Shown piece by piece: positions 1 to 12,600 of a stretch of DNA of 64,000 nt. The notes beneath the pieces were generated by a model that was given only the letters and a program-made list of their open reading frames with translations, made no database searches and had not been told where the DNA came from. Numbering within the stretch: the first letter of the stretch is position 1; the number at the start of each line of letters is the position of its first letter. The translations under genes were made by a program, and so were the position numbers. The DNA comes from Marsupella aquatica (taxonomy: Eukaryota; Plantae; Marchantiophyta), in NCBI GenBank assembly GCA_973895155.1, contig OZ316896.1, positions 14,294,684 to 14,358,683 of the forward strand. The letters run 5' to 3'.

Positions 1-3000
1 CATTTTTTTTTGGTACTCCTCCCTTCTTGTTTTCTGCCCCTTTATTATTGTGTCTTTTGCCTTTGGGATCTTGTCTCTCTTTTTGACACATTTTTGTTCC
101 TTTTATTGAGTCCCTTTCTTTTGTTTTTGGGATCTTGTCTTCCAGTTTGACACATTTTGTTACTGAGTTGTGATCAGTGTGTGTTAAATATAAGTCAAGT
201 ATAATGCTCCCTAGTTTAGTTGGAGCCCCCTACACTGCTCGTCCCAGTCCTCAGTGCATGCGGTTCTTTGCTCGGTCGCCTTTGGTTTGTGTTCTGGCAC
301 CCTTCACTTTTTGCTTCCCTCAATCCATTGATGGAAGCTTAAACCATGATACCACCTGTGAAGGGTGAACTAAAGAGTCAGTCTTTACAGATTGATAAAC
401 CCTAAGCCTTAAACCAAGACTCTATCAAGCGTGACTCTCTTAGCCAAAGTACTGGGCCTGAACACTTAGACTGTATTAGCCAAGCAACCATATATGACCC
501 TGCTAGAACAAAGTGCTGCCAGAATGGCAGCTGGGATCCTGCAGGGAAAAAGTCTTTTTCAAAACTTGAATTAACCAAGACTCTCTGAGCCAAGTTTTAC
601 GCCCTTCACTTTTTGCAGCCCCCAATCCATCCAATTTCAAATTAGGTAGGGTTTAGCCACATTGTTCTTCAGCCTTGGTTGGTGTCTATTGTGAGGTACT
701 CAACTTGGTCAATAATACACGAGTCTCTACCCTCGCCTCTCCCTTGTACTCTTATGTGTTTGGTTTCTTTCAACATTGAAGCTTTGTTTGATAGAGTCTT
801 TGGTTTATGTTCTACCAAACACTTCTTCCCTGTGCAGTTCTGGTTGCTGGTCTGGCAACGTTCTAGCAGAGTCATGGTTGCTTGCTAACAGAGTTTCCTA
901 GAGGAGTCATGGTTGCTCTGCTAACAGAGTCCAGAAGTATGCACAATCATGTAAGTTCACACTTCAAACCTACAAAACATAGAAATTACTTTGTTAGAAT
1001 AGAATACACCAAAAAAATTTACAGAAATTCTTTTGCCTCCCCCATCCAAATCTATACCCTCCCTGATTATGGAATCCCTTGCTGCCCTGTCCCAGAAATA
1101 GACCCAGCTAACCAGCTAAAACTCAGAATTTTACCTACCTAGGGCTTCATTCTATACCGAGCTTGAAAATATGGCCTTGCATTGTGCTTTATAGATAGTG
1201 AGATAGAATTTACAACTGAATATTAGGTGTACCACATTTATTGTCCCTCCTTGACCCTTGAAGCGTTTGTCAGTTCAACTCCTTCATAAAATAAGGAAAA
1301 AATCACTAGACCTTGCTTCTGAGTGAACCATGCAATTCAGATGGACCTGACCTGGTACATTTTACAATTGCTAGGACAAGAAACAGATGCCAGACTGGTT
1401 GCTAAATTGAATGTAGGATGTATTGAACCTGTCTTACTTTTTGGCACTCATAATGTTTTCTGCTGTGGTTAGAATCAAGTAGAGAACGTTCATGTCATGA
1501 AGAGTAAACTGGAGTGGTTGCAGAAAAATCCAATCAGAAAAATGGTCATCTATAATCATCGGATAGATTTTGGGTCTTTCTTTGTGGGCAGGCAGTGGGG
1601 TGTCCATTTTCATTTTTAGTTTAATGTTACTTTTTAGTCTTTAGTGTAAAACATGCTCACCAAGAAGAAGACAATATCTGGATGCAATCTATTGTGGTGC
1701 CAAAAGGCCATCCAAGAGTATCAGCAAACCATGGAGTCCATCCAGGCATGGCTTTAGGGTTCACCCACTCGGTCAATTGTTTTTAGCCGGAGAATAGATG
1801 ATGAGCCTATAATTTTATGGACATCGTATGTGGGATATTGATGGGACCAGGGAAAACCCAAGACATGGAAGCGAACAGGCATGTATGATGCAAGATCAGA
1901 GATTAGAGCTAAGATGGGCAGGGAGGGAAGTACCGTAGCAATGGACAATTGAGAATGCTAATCTAAAGTCAATTAAAATCTGTTGTGGGATGGCGTTTCC
2001 AGAGGCCAGAAAATTTTCACTACCCACTGAATTCTCAGTGAGTAGGATTTACTCCACTGAATCTGGGAATTTGGGGGAGGGGGGGCAGGCATAGATGGGA
2101 CACACAGCCAGACCAGTGTTTGCTCGTTTATGAATTGAGGCCGCTGTGGTTGGTTGTTTCTACTTCCATGTGACCGTTCTGACCAAGTCCCAACATTCCA
2201 TCCCTGTCTAAGTGGTGAGATGGTAGGCATTTAATAATCAATTTTGGCAAGTCTCCATGGGAACCTAACAGTAATTGTGTGGGAGAGGAAAATTCTTTTC
2301 CTGTAGTTGGCACTTTGGTGATGTAAACCTGATTTTCTTGTTTTCTCTTTTGAGTTTCTCGCCAAGGCCATTTTGTTGTAGTTTTTGGTGATAAACAGCT
2401 AGAAAGAAGGGGCGACTGCAAGTTGATATATGAAGAAGGTGGCGACTACATTTCCCAACATATGAATTTAATTCTAATAACTTGATGTTCATGAATTTGA
2501 AAATGATTCTCCCATGGACCACAATGTTAGTCTTTGAAAACCCCATGGACCACATTTCCCAAAACTTGAGTCTAATTGTAAGAACTTGATCTCGTTAAAT
2601 TAAAATAATTTTTATTTTTGAGGATGTCCTAGAGGAGTAGGTAAGCTACACTTCCATCAAAGTGACCGTGAATTTTTGGCCATTTGGTTGAGTTAATCAT
2701 CATGGAATGTGGAGGGGCAAATACTATTAGATTCATATTTTTTTGTTAATATTAAGAATTTGGGCTTGTGTTTTTTTAAGGTATTCTCCTCTCTAGTTGC
2801 CTTGCAGGTGCAAAACAAAATATAAATTAAGGACTCGAATCATAAAGTTATAGGCCCAAAACTCCCATGGACCACCAAAATGTGGTCCATGGAGCACTGT
2901 GTCCAACATGGCAGTCCATCGGGGCTTCACTTTCTCATAAATGCATATATTTTTTAGTTTTGGAGATGTGCTAGAGAAGTAGGTAAGCTTACACTTCCAT

Positions 3001-4325
3001 CAAAGTGACCATTTTGGTTGAGTTATTCATCATAAAATGAGGAGGGGTAGATTTTACTAGATTAATTTTCATTGTGTTAATTCACATCTACTCTCTGTAC
3101 ACTGTAATTTTTTTTGGACTCATAATCATCAAGTTATAAGTCCAAAACTACCACCAAATGTCCAACGTGGTGGTTCATCCCAGCTTCACTTTTTAATATT
3201 GTTCGAATCTTGACTGTGCATTCTTTTTCATAAATGGGCTGAAATCTACAAATACGAAAATTCCCAAGGGCAGTACGCTTTAGGGTCAATTCAGCACCAG
3301 TTTTGGCGATAAATAGCCCAAAAGAAAACACTGCTCTAGACGAATTGGTAGCAGTATAATAATGGAATACAATACAATGTCCGGAATGCACGAAAGCTGT
3401 CAATCAATAGCTTAGCGACGCTTCAACTTGAATGGTTTGATTACAGCGTTTCTTGTTGCAACTGCTGATCGATTCTCTAGCCGGGAATTTGCAGCTGGAA
3501 TAAATGCTGGATTTCAAAGTTGTTCATTCCTTAGAGAAGACGCGGATAACCAGCAGCAAGAACGCCGATTCCTCGGCAACGAAAGTTTCATTGACAGGTA
3601 TTTCAACAGACCCTACTGTTAGAGTTGTTTCTCCCCATGGTTAGTGTCCGGTGATTTCTCGTCGTCTGGCTAATGCCAACGGAGATGGACCGGAAATTTT
3701 GAATTGGCAATGCTACTTTTGTTGAGGAGATTACAATGTGATAATGTGATAAAGACTCACCCGTTGCTACTCTGAGCGATGATGTCGCCAGGGCCCGTTG
3801 AGATTTAGTCATTTGAGAACGAAATTTCTTCAAGTACATGGTGCAAACTAGGGTGTCTTCTGGGGCATCTGCGGTAGCTCCAATTTGATCCGTGCTTCGT
3901 ATCGAAAGTTGTAGATATGGATGTAGATGACAGTGATCACATTTTACTGTTGGAACATATGCTCGCCAGAGTACCTCTTAATGTACAGTTCACTCGTGGG
4001 CGCAATCTTAACCTAGAAGTATATGCTGCAATCGTCTAGGGCTTTACTGTGGGCGTGTGTCACAAATTCGGTTAAGTGATTGCTCTGTACCTTGATTCCC
4101 CTCCAACGGCAAGGCTTTTAATCCATGTGAAATTCAGCTCAGTGGAAGGGACTTTGGTTGAATATCAAAACACAGTCGATAAATTCATCCCCTCTTGTGT
4201 GGGTGGAGGGACCACTTCTTTCTAGGTATAAACTGTATACGAGAGCATGATGTCGCATAATTGTCACTAAGATTTCATTAATTGTGAAGGGAGGGGAGTG
4301 GAAAGCTTGGAAGCGAAGCTCAGCG

Positions 4326-5633
4326 ATGATGGAAGGGGGAGTGAATCCGAAGAAGATGGCGAGGTCAAAGAGGGCCTCGTCACAGAGATCGAAGTCGAAA
4401 CACTCCAAGCACCAGGAGCGTGGCGCTAGTGGAACAGCGGCTACCAGTCGGGAGAGAACTATCGCGGAGGACTCGCTCCCCTCCAATTGGGAGAGGTATA
4501 GGGACGAGAGTGGCAGCGATGAAGACTTGCCACCCCTGGCGGAAGGAGAAGTTCGCCCCAAGAGCAAGGGAGCTGACTACCGCGAGCTTCTATCTTCAGA
4601 TGTACCGCAGTTGTTCGAAGAGTCACCAGAAATGGAGGGGATGACTGCAATGCTGCTGGCGAATGGCTTGGGTTTGTGGGATTGGGATTCATCTTATCTT
4701 GAGCCAGTTTCATTATCTTCAGAACGGCAAGCTGCAAGAGAAGCGTCCGCATTACTCACAGTAGATCTGAGGTTGTTGGGAAAGTCTTTGGCGCGCCTTA
4801 ACGTGGCCCAGCGGCTTCTCTTGGAGGATGAACTTTTCCCCGAGCAGAATCAAGTGAAGGATGGAATTGAAATGATGGGTAGCCTGACAAGAATTGATGA
4901 CCCTGATGACTCTGCTGCCCCCGTGAAAGATAGATATGCACAGGAACAGGACGATCTTTCACAGGACACGACTGTCACCTCTGGAAATGCGCTAGTCAAT
5001 GCAGAACCTCCTTCTTCAGCCTTGGCAAGCGATATAAGCTCTTTCAATAGACATGGGTTAAATGATCGAGGTGAAAGAATTAGTTCAATCGGTGCAGATA
5101 CTTCTCGTCTTGGTAGTATTGGTACCAAATCACCATCGGTCAACGCTGATGACTTGGTCACAAATTCTGCACCCACCGTGAGCAGCGTCTGGGAGCGGAA
5201 CATTGACACGCAAGGGCAGATAGGGGTGGAGATCTCGAAGGAGGTCACTGAGGTTAAAAGGTTTGAAGCTGCAGCAGCTGAAGCAGAACTTGATGACCTG
5301 CTTGATATGCTTGACAATCAGGTTGCCGGCATCTCTTTGAAGCAGGATAATCAAGTTAACCTTCCAAGAAGCTTTATTTCTGAAAATAGGCCCTTCTCTC
5401 TCTCGTATCCTGCTTCAAGTAGGCCATTGAAGATTGGGTTTGACGACTCTAGGGAGGGAATTAGGGAGGTGACTACAGAGTCTCTGCCCGGAGCAACCCC
5501 AAAGTACACAGGACCACCTCCTGCTCATAGTGCACAACAATTGGAGAAAAACGATGCTAGTAGTCATGCTAAAGCTGCTGACGTGGTAATCTCCCAAGAC
5601 GATGATTTCGATTCGTTGCTTGATTCAATCTGA
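4326..5633 (+). CDS. ECERIFERUM16 / RST1-interacting protein (RIPR)-like, Aven-related; single coding exon
   Basis: 435-codon ORF from ATG 4326. It carries blocks recalled from Arabidopsis CER16/RIPR: N-terminal KKMARSKRA, LPSNWERY, PKSKGADY, FEAAAAEAELDDLL and C-terminal DDDFDSLLDSI. Confidence 0.8.
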   Translation: MMEGGVNPKKMARSKRASSQRSKSKHSKHQERGASGTAATSRERTIAEDSLPSNWERYRDESGSDEDLPPLAEGEVRPKSKGADYRELLSSDVPQLFEESPEMEGMTAMLLANGLGLWDWDSSYLEPVSLSSERQAAREASALLTVDLRLLGKSLARLNVAQRLLLEDELFPEQNQVKDGIEMMGSLTRIDDPDDSAAPVKDRYAQEQDDLSQDTTVTSGNALVNAEPPSSALASDISSFNRHGLNDRGERISSIGADTSRLGSIGTKSPSVNADDLVTNSAPTVSSVWERNIDTQGQIGVEISKEVTEVKRFEAAAAEAELDDLLDMLDNQVAGISLKQDNQVNLPRSFISENRPFSLSYPASSRPLKIGFDDSREGIREVTTESLPGATPKYTGPPPAHSAQQLEKNDASSHAKAADVVISQDDDFDSLLDSI

Positions 5634-8565
5634 ATTGTCATTTAAAAAAGTAAAGGATTCCGTTAATATCTATGCAAAGCTTTTCTTCCCTACCGTAGCT
5701 TGAACGCCAAGCTTTCAGTCCACCTCACATGATCATGTTCCAGGCAACTTTTACGATTCGGCGTTAATGTTGAAGCTGACAAATTGAATTCCAATAGCCT
5801 CTTGTTAAGCAATTTGGTCTGGTCCAAGTGTCTTAATGGACTTAGGGGGCGACATGTTGTTTGAGTCGAGCGAAGAGTTGTGAGCTGATCAGACCACGGG
5901 GTAAACTGTCTGATGAACTCATATGGGACATTTGAAGACTAGGAAACTGAGTCGGCTTCAAATCAAGATGTTTGGCTCTGGACAGTTAATCCCGAATTAG
6001 TTGGCACTATTGAAAGTGACCATCAGTTATAGCATCTATCCGAATCTAAGTAGAACCAAACGCTGATCTCCCTGACAGAGTAGCTATCACGATCTAGAAG
6101 TTGGCACTACTGGCCTTGTATATCCTCTCATTGAAAAGGCTTGTGGTGTCGCCAACAAGCGGTCAGGTCATTGATCAATCCAGATTTTTTTCGAATTACT
6201 CCGCTTGAGATCTTCGAGTATGTCACCTTCTCACCAGGAATTGAATCACCTCCTTGACATCGTAGCTATTGGCTAAAAGGAACGAAACAGGATCCGTTTG
6301 CGCGTGAGTCGCAATTGCCTTCCGTGCCTTGCTTGGCCTCAAACTTTAAGAAGGGACTGGTTAGATCTCATTTGTACCGGAGCCCCTGCGACCATCTGGC
6401 GAGTCAGCTGAATTATGATAAACGACCAGTTATATGGCTGACAAATTCCACAGAATTGTGGACCCCGTTCAACCATATGTTAACGTACGAATCGATTCCA
6501 ACGGACTTGATTGCTGCCAAGGACCAATCGAATCTACATTGCGGAGCTGTGGGAAAAATTTGACGAACCAACAACATCCCAAATATCAAATATCAAATTC
6601 AGACATGACTGACGAAATGAAAACTGCCGTAGCATGTTTGTTGGAACAGGCAAGCAATTTGCTTGAGAAATATTGAGGTCAAAAAATGTATCTTACAATT
6701 TTTCCTCTTTCTTCGATAGAGGATATCAGCCAGCTCGGATTGTAAAATGAAAAATCATCCAAACAGTCCTCTACCGTTGCTGCAACAGTACCTAAATTAT
6801 AATTTCAAGTCTGTCACTGTCATGAGTTATCTCTACCATCATTTGAGTGTTCCTGATCTACTTCATGGCCGCATGCCAATTGCAAACAATGCAATGAATC
6901 TATGTACAGAGTAGTGCACTTTATGGTCTACATACAGAGGTGTTTCCTCAATTTCTAGTGAATGTTCTGTACAAAACTGGTCGCCTCCGGCGAAAGACCC
7001 ACTCTACATGATCCACGACTTGTGACGACCTTTTCCTGGAGTTCCGTTGTCAATTGTAGCGATTTTCGTTGTGATAGGCGTTTTCCCCACGTAAAGGACG
7101 CTCTCTGGTGGCAGTCCCCTCTGCCACAGCAATTTCGTAGTCTTGTCACAGAAGATGAGCTGGATGCGATCTCCATTTCACTTCAGCTGAAAGATGGCTG
7201 AAAGCTCTCAATTGCAGCGATTTTGTCCTTCATGAATGTGATTGTCCTTAGCTCCTCCTATAAGGACCGCTACCTTGAATTGAAGCCGTCGCTGACGAAC
7301 CATACAATTGTGCCCCAATGATCAATGCTTTCCAACGATGCTGCAATTTCGGAGGGCGACTCTCTGAGACTTTGCATACGGGAGCACCGGTGCATGCCTC
7401 CTTCTCGGCGCAAATGTTCAGAATTATTCGACTTCGGGCTCCGACGGAGCAGAAGAGAGCCAGGGAGGAGTTGAGTCGCCGAAGAAGACGTCGTTGGGGT
7501 CGACCTCCATGACGAACGAGATCGTGGTGTCCAGCAGACTGATGTGTGAATTCAAACGAACCCGAATTAGAGCTTTGCCTAATCCAAGTGTGGTTGGTGT
7601 CAAGTATAGAGTCCGTTGCTTGATTCACAATGCGTTCGAGAACAACCAATGCAGAGAGTTCAAAGCTCGTCAGCTAGTCAATTCGGAGGCAGCAGGAGAC
7701 CGCGAGCTCAAATGCCCCGAGCTTCCTCAGCGGATGGATAATTATCTGCCGAAACGACCTTTCTTTGACTTGGATTGAGACATGATTACCAGTGGCGCAA
7801 TTTAAACGTTCTGATGGATGAAACACAGCCCAACGGGCATCGGAAAAGACCACAGTTGATGAGGAGAAATCTCAGCCGAGAATTGCGCGAGTCAATGCTG
7901 AATTTCAATTCAACATTTCCAACTCCTGCCTGTGAGAGAGTCAATGCTGAATTCAACAATTCAACAAATTCAACATCCCGACAGCTTGTGTGAGAGTCAA
8001 CAATCCTGAAATCCAACTCCCAACGTCCGTCTCTTATTTTATAGAGACCCATGACGAGGATGATCAGGCATTGGTGGCTAGCCACCAATGGGGCAGACTT
8101 TATAAAAAAGTCGGCCTCCATGTTTGAATAATCGTAAGGAGGGAAGAAGATCGAGACGAAGTAAAGCTTAGAGCTGAAGCAGAGGAATGGAAGGAGGCGA
8201 TGGAGGTCGCAGTCCGTCCAGTCCAGTCCAGTCCGGTCCAGTCCAGAGGAACGAGACGAAGACGAAGACGAAGCGAACTTTACGTTTCACAACCCCACCA
8301 GTTGCCTCAAATTGACCAAGTCTTGCACCTTACGGCGTAAGCATCCCACCGCGCGCGGCAACAATCCAGTGGGACTGCCACTTCTGAACTGCGTCACAGT
8401 GACGACCGTGGTGCAACGAAAGATCAGGACAATCCCACAACCAGACTTTATGGCCCCTGTCTCTGGTAAGAAAACCTGACTAGGCACGTTTCTTATAGTT
8501 TGGTCAGGTGTCGAGCTTGCCTCCCTTTAGAAAAATATCTCTAGATCACATTAGGGCCACATTAG

Positions 8566-8820
8566 GATGTACCTTAACTGTCTACATATGGGTTATGGAG
8601 ACACAAAATTACGGATTGCTAAATTCATAGTCCATAATATGATGAACCTACCTTAAGTGTGTCCGTAACTTGATGTACCTTAACTGTCAGGATATGGGTT
8701 ATGAACACACAAAATTAAGGATTGCCAAATTCAGAGTCCATAAGTTGATGTACCTTAACTGTCTAGATATGGATTATGGACACACAAAATTACGGATTGC
8801 CAAATTCATAGTCCATAATT
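8566..8820. repeat. About 76-bp tandem repeat, three copies plus a partial
   Basis: GATGTACCTTAACTGTC...CACAAAATTA.GGATTGC.AAATTCA.AGTCCATAA recurs near 8567, 8672 and 8748. Confidence 0.9.
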
Positions 8821-9499
8821 TTTTCCATAAGGATTGGTTTTAGCCCATAACCAGTAGTCACTGTAGAGGCTGGTGAAAGAAAAAACATAAAAAAAACTTG
8901 TGAATAATCTTTTGAAAAAGTCATGACATTTTCCTTATGACCAAATGTCATCATCGTTCATTTCCAAGCTTTCCAAGCTTTGAGAAACCCTAATATGATG
9001 ACCATTAGATCTCTTTATGGTAAGATTGGACTATTGATTTTGGTCACGAATCCCTAGTTTGTTTGTTAAACACATTGTATGCAAGCCACTTCAATTGATA
9101 CCAATATTGTAAGATCTGGACTGTTGATTTTAGTGAAGGATCAATAAGACTTTTTAAAATGACCTTGTCATTTGCAAGCCACTTCACTGTGCTTCCCATT
9201 AGAAAAATTTGTAGAATCATATCATGACCATTAGGTCTCTGTAATGGAAGATCAGGACTGTTGATTTTGGTGGAAAATCACTCAAACTATTTAGAAACAC
9301 TTTTGTATCATTTGCAAGCCCCTTCACCTGATAGCAAATGAGCTCAAATCTGCACAGAAAGGAAACACTGCTAGTCCATCCATGCAGCCCCTATGGAGCC
9401 CCACTACCCATTGCACCTCCCCAATCAACCAGGGAAAGTCTGCTTGCACCCAAGAAAAGACTTAACCGGATTGCTCTGGCATCTCCTGGACTTGACAGC

Positions 9500-9628
9500 C
9501 CAGCAAGATGCCATGAAGACTAATGGTCTTGCCCAGGTCTTCATGGCATTTTACTCACAATGGCAGTCCAGCAAGATGCCATGAAGACTAATGGTCTTGC
9601 CCAGGTCTTCATGGCATTTTACTCACAA
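9500..9628. repeat. Duplicated 61-bp unit, each copy with a 13-bp perfect inverted repeat
   Basis: ATGCCATGAAGAC-16nt-GTCTTCATGGCAT at 9508-9549 and again 68 bp downstream. Confidence 0.9.
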
Positions 9629-12600
9629 GGGTCTGGTTAAGTCTAGGAGATGCCAGAGGGATCTTGTTAAGTCTTTTCTTGGTTTGCACCTCCCCTATAG
9701 AACAAGGAAATCCTCTCCCGTAGCCGCCGTCACACATACAAGGTCAAACTCTTGTCCAGCAATCAGTAACAAAAATGTGAGCTCATGCAGCATTGCGACA
9801 AACCAGAAAGTGAAGCCAAAATCCTTCAGAAAAAATGTGAGTGCCTGCCGAGTCACCATGGGATTCATGTAGAGAAATGCTAGTTCATGTTGTGGACCCT
9901 AGACATTGCTGCCCTTCGTGACTGGGTTGCTGCAGTGTGGCCGGGGGTCCACCGGGGTGGCAGGGATCCCAGCCAGTCCTTTGGAAAGGTGGGTCCTCAC
10001 TGGGGCGTTATTTTCGCTGGAGGGAAGGTTCTAATTATGGAGGGGACTTTCTAATTATGAGAATTTGGATAATTTTCATAATTATGTTCTGGGTGTCTAA
10101 CTTTGATAGTCTAAATAAGCAAAGCATGTTTTGACACCCAGAAACAGTGAGCATACAAAGGGAAGGTTCTAATTATCCCATTTAGTCCCTTTGGAAAGGC
10201 GGGTCCTCATGGGGTTTTTTTGTTGCTGCAGTGGACCCATCAAGTCTTTCCTTGGATATTCTCATAATTATCCAAAATTGTTTCCCCAAGTACTGGAAAG
10301 CGAAGTTGATGCTTGGACACAATATTTAACCTTGACACTCTGATAAACCAAACATGTTTTGACATCCCAAAACAGTGAACATGCAAAGGGAAGGTCCTAA
10401 CTGAGTATATTATAATGTTTTAGAGTGGTCCATGGAGGTTACGATGGTCTATCTCACAGTCTTGTCAAATGTGTTTGTCCCTGGGAACTTTAGTTCAGAA
10501 TGTCAAATAATTGTGGAAACTTTCAAGCTGAAAATTGTTGGTCAGATGGACCAGGTTACTTTTGACCCAAACAATCTGTAGAAAAGTGGTTTTTTGTGGC
10601 CCATCTTAAATGTTTTGGTCTATTCATGCAACTCAGGCCCCCAAGTTTCAGTCGAGCTGAGCCTGTAAATATATTCTATATTTATAATTTCCTACAGTAC
10701 CATATCTGACTACAGTAACTCAGCTGCAGGTCAGTGCTTCTCTACCTCATGGTGACTGCAGTTGAAAGGCTTTGAATATCGACGGTTAGATTAGCCCAGT
10801 CGATCATCTGGAATAGAATCTGCCGATCCTGAGCCCGAGGTGAGGTCACTTCGTCCGTAACGCCTAGAAGCGCAGAGGATGTTGGACTGCACAGTTTGAC
10901 CAGGAAAAGTGGCTGGCGACTGCGTTGGTGGCATGTGCTCACGAATTGACCCAGGTGGCCTCTGTTCCGAGGAGTGGCTTTTCCTCGATCCGAACGGCAG
11001 ATCTTTTTCGGCATATTTGATTTATGTGTGTTTGGATGAGAGTCTTTTCCTCGATTCGAACGGAAGATCAATTTGCTTTGCACTTTGGTAAAAGTGGCAC
11101 TTTACAAAACAAGCCAAGACAACCGTTTGCTTTTTCTCCCTTGCATGTTTCATGGTCTTAGGCTAAAGTTTACTTTAATTAACGCCCTTTGTGATTTTTC
11201 ACTTTGTAATTTTGGAATTTTTTTCCTGCATTCCTTCATGGTTTACTTTAATTAATCCCTCCGTGATTTTTGTCGCTGTAACCTTCAGGGCATTGTTGGA
11301 AAAAGATGCACATTCAATATTTAAATCAACTCATTATGAGCATTCTCCTCTACTTTTACTAAAACTTAAAAATAAAAATATCTTAGGCCTGAAATGTATT
11401 AATGCCCTGTCAATAGAACAGTTTTGTGATGTTGACTTGGTTGGGAAACTACTCAGGTTACTTTGAGATTTTTGTTATGTATTCTTGTTTCAATTTTCTT
11501 TAGACAAGGTACATCCTTTGTATGATTGAAGTTTGACATGGTTTTGTCATCCTTAATAATTTAAATTTTCTTCCCCTAGAAGGCTCTCTTACCTCTATAT
11601 TTATTTTTCAATAGATACATCCTTTAGTAAAGTATGTAATGTTATCCTTATGTCCAAGGAGTGTTGAGTTATCATTTCTTACATGAGGGATACATCAGCG
11701 TATCTATTCCCAGAAGTGTGAAAAAGAAAGACTTCAATGTAACGCCAACCCACCCCCTTTTTTATCTACTCCTCAAAGTTATGTTCCTAAGTTTATGGCT
11801 TTAAGTGACTATGAATCAATACCTAAAGTCATTATGTGAAAGGTACATGAAAGGCACATCACCTTAAATGCTTCACAGTATTTAAAGGTTAAGCAATTGT
11901 CCATCAGAAAAAATAACATGTGTGAGGGCTTTATAAATGGGGCCAACACTTTGTAAGGCCCCCGATAAGGCCATGAGCTCTGAGGAGAGGGCACAGGTAC
12001 CAAATCACCCAAAACTGATTTATTTTTGCTTTAAATGGTTCATAAAAAAATCATTCCAACTCTAAACAGGAATAACTTATTACTAGCTGCATACCTGTGC
12101 TTGCAAAGGTAGTTGCACAAACAACATCCATGTGTAAAAGATATTGTTTGCAAAAAAGATACTAGAGGAAAAAAAAGGTTTAGATGGAAAAGATGTCCTT
12201 GCACAAAATAGAATGTCATTTGCGTAAAAGATATTGCACTAAAGATTATCGTTGTGTCAAAATTGTAGCTGCACAAAGACTAGACTGTGTAAAATGCCAT
12301 AAAGCCTGGATGGACCTGCACGTTGTCCATGAAGCCCTCATGGATAAACTAAACCTGCATGGACTTGACTAAAACATAGTATGGAGCCAAGGAAATTCCA
12401 ATTTTTGTAAAGCATTGTTGTGGAATACTATTTTCATAGACCATTCTTCTTGTTATACATAGTGTTTTTATCAATTTATTTCTATAGAGCTAGTTGAGAA
12501 TTTTTGGGGGGAGTATTGTTGATGAATTCAATTTTTCAGAGAGCTCTACTGAATTTTTTTAGAGAAAAATACAAGTAATTTTTTGGAAACAAATCTACCA

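Noticed and set aside
3735-3780. Possible C/D snoRNA in the CER16-like leader region
   Set aside because: The short rRNA complement does not abut the CTGA, box C is poor and the spacing is too short.
4139-5317. Minus-strand ORFs over CER16-like (and similar ones over the PPR gene)
   Set aside because: Antisense shadows of real coding sequence with no independent motifs.
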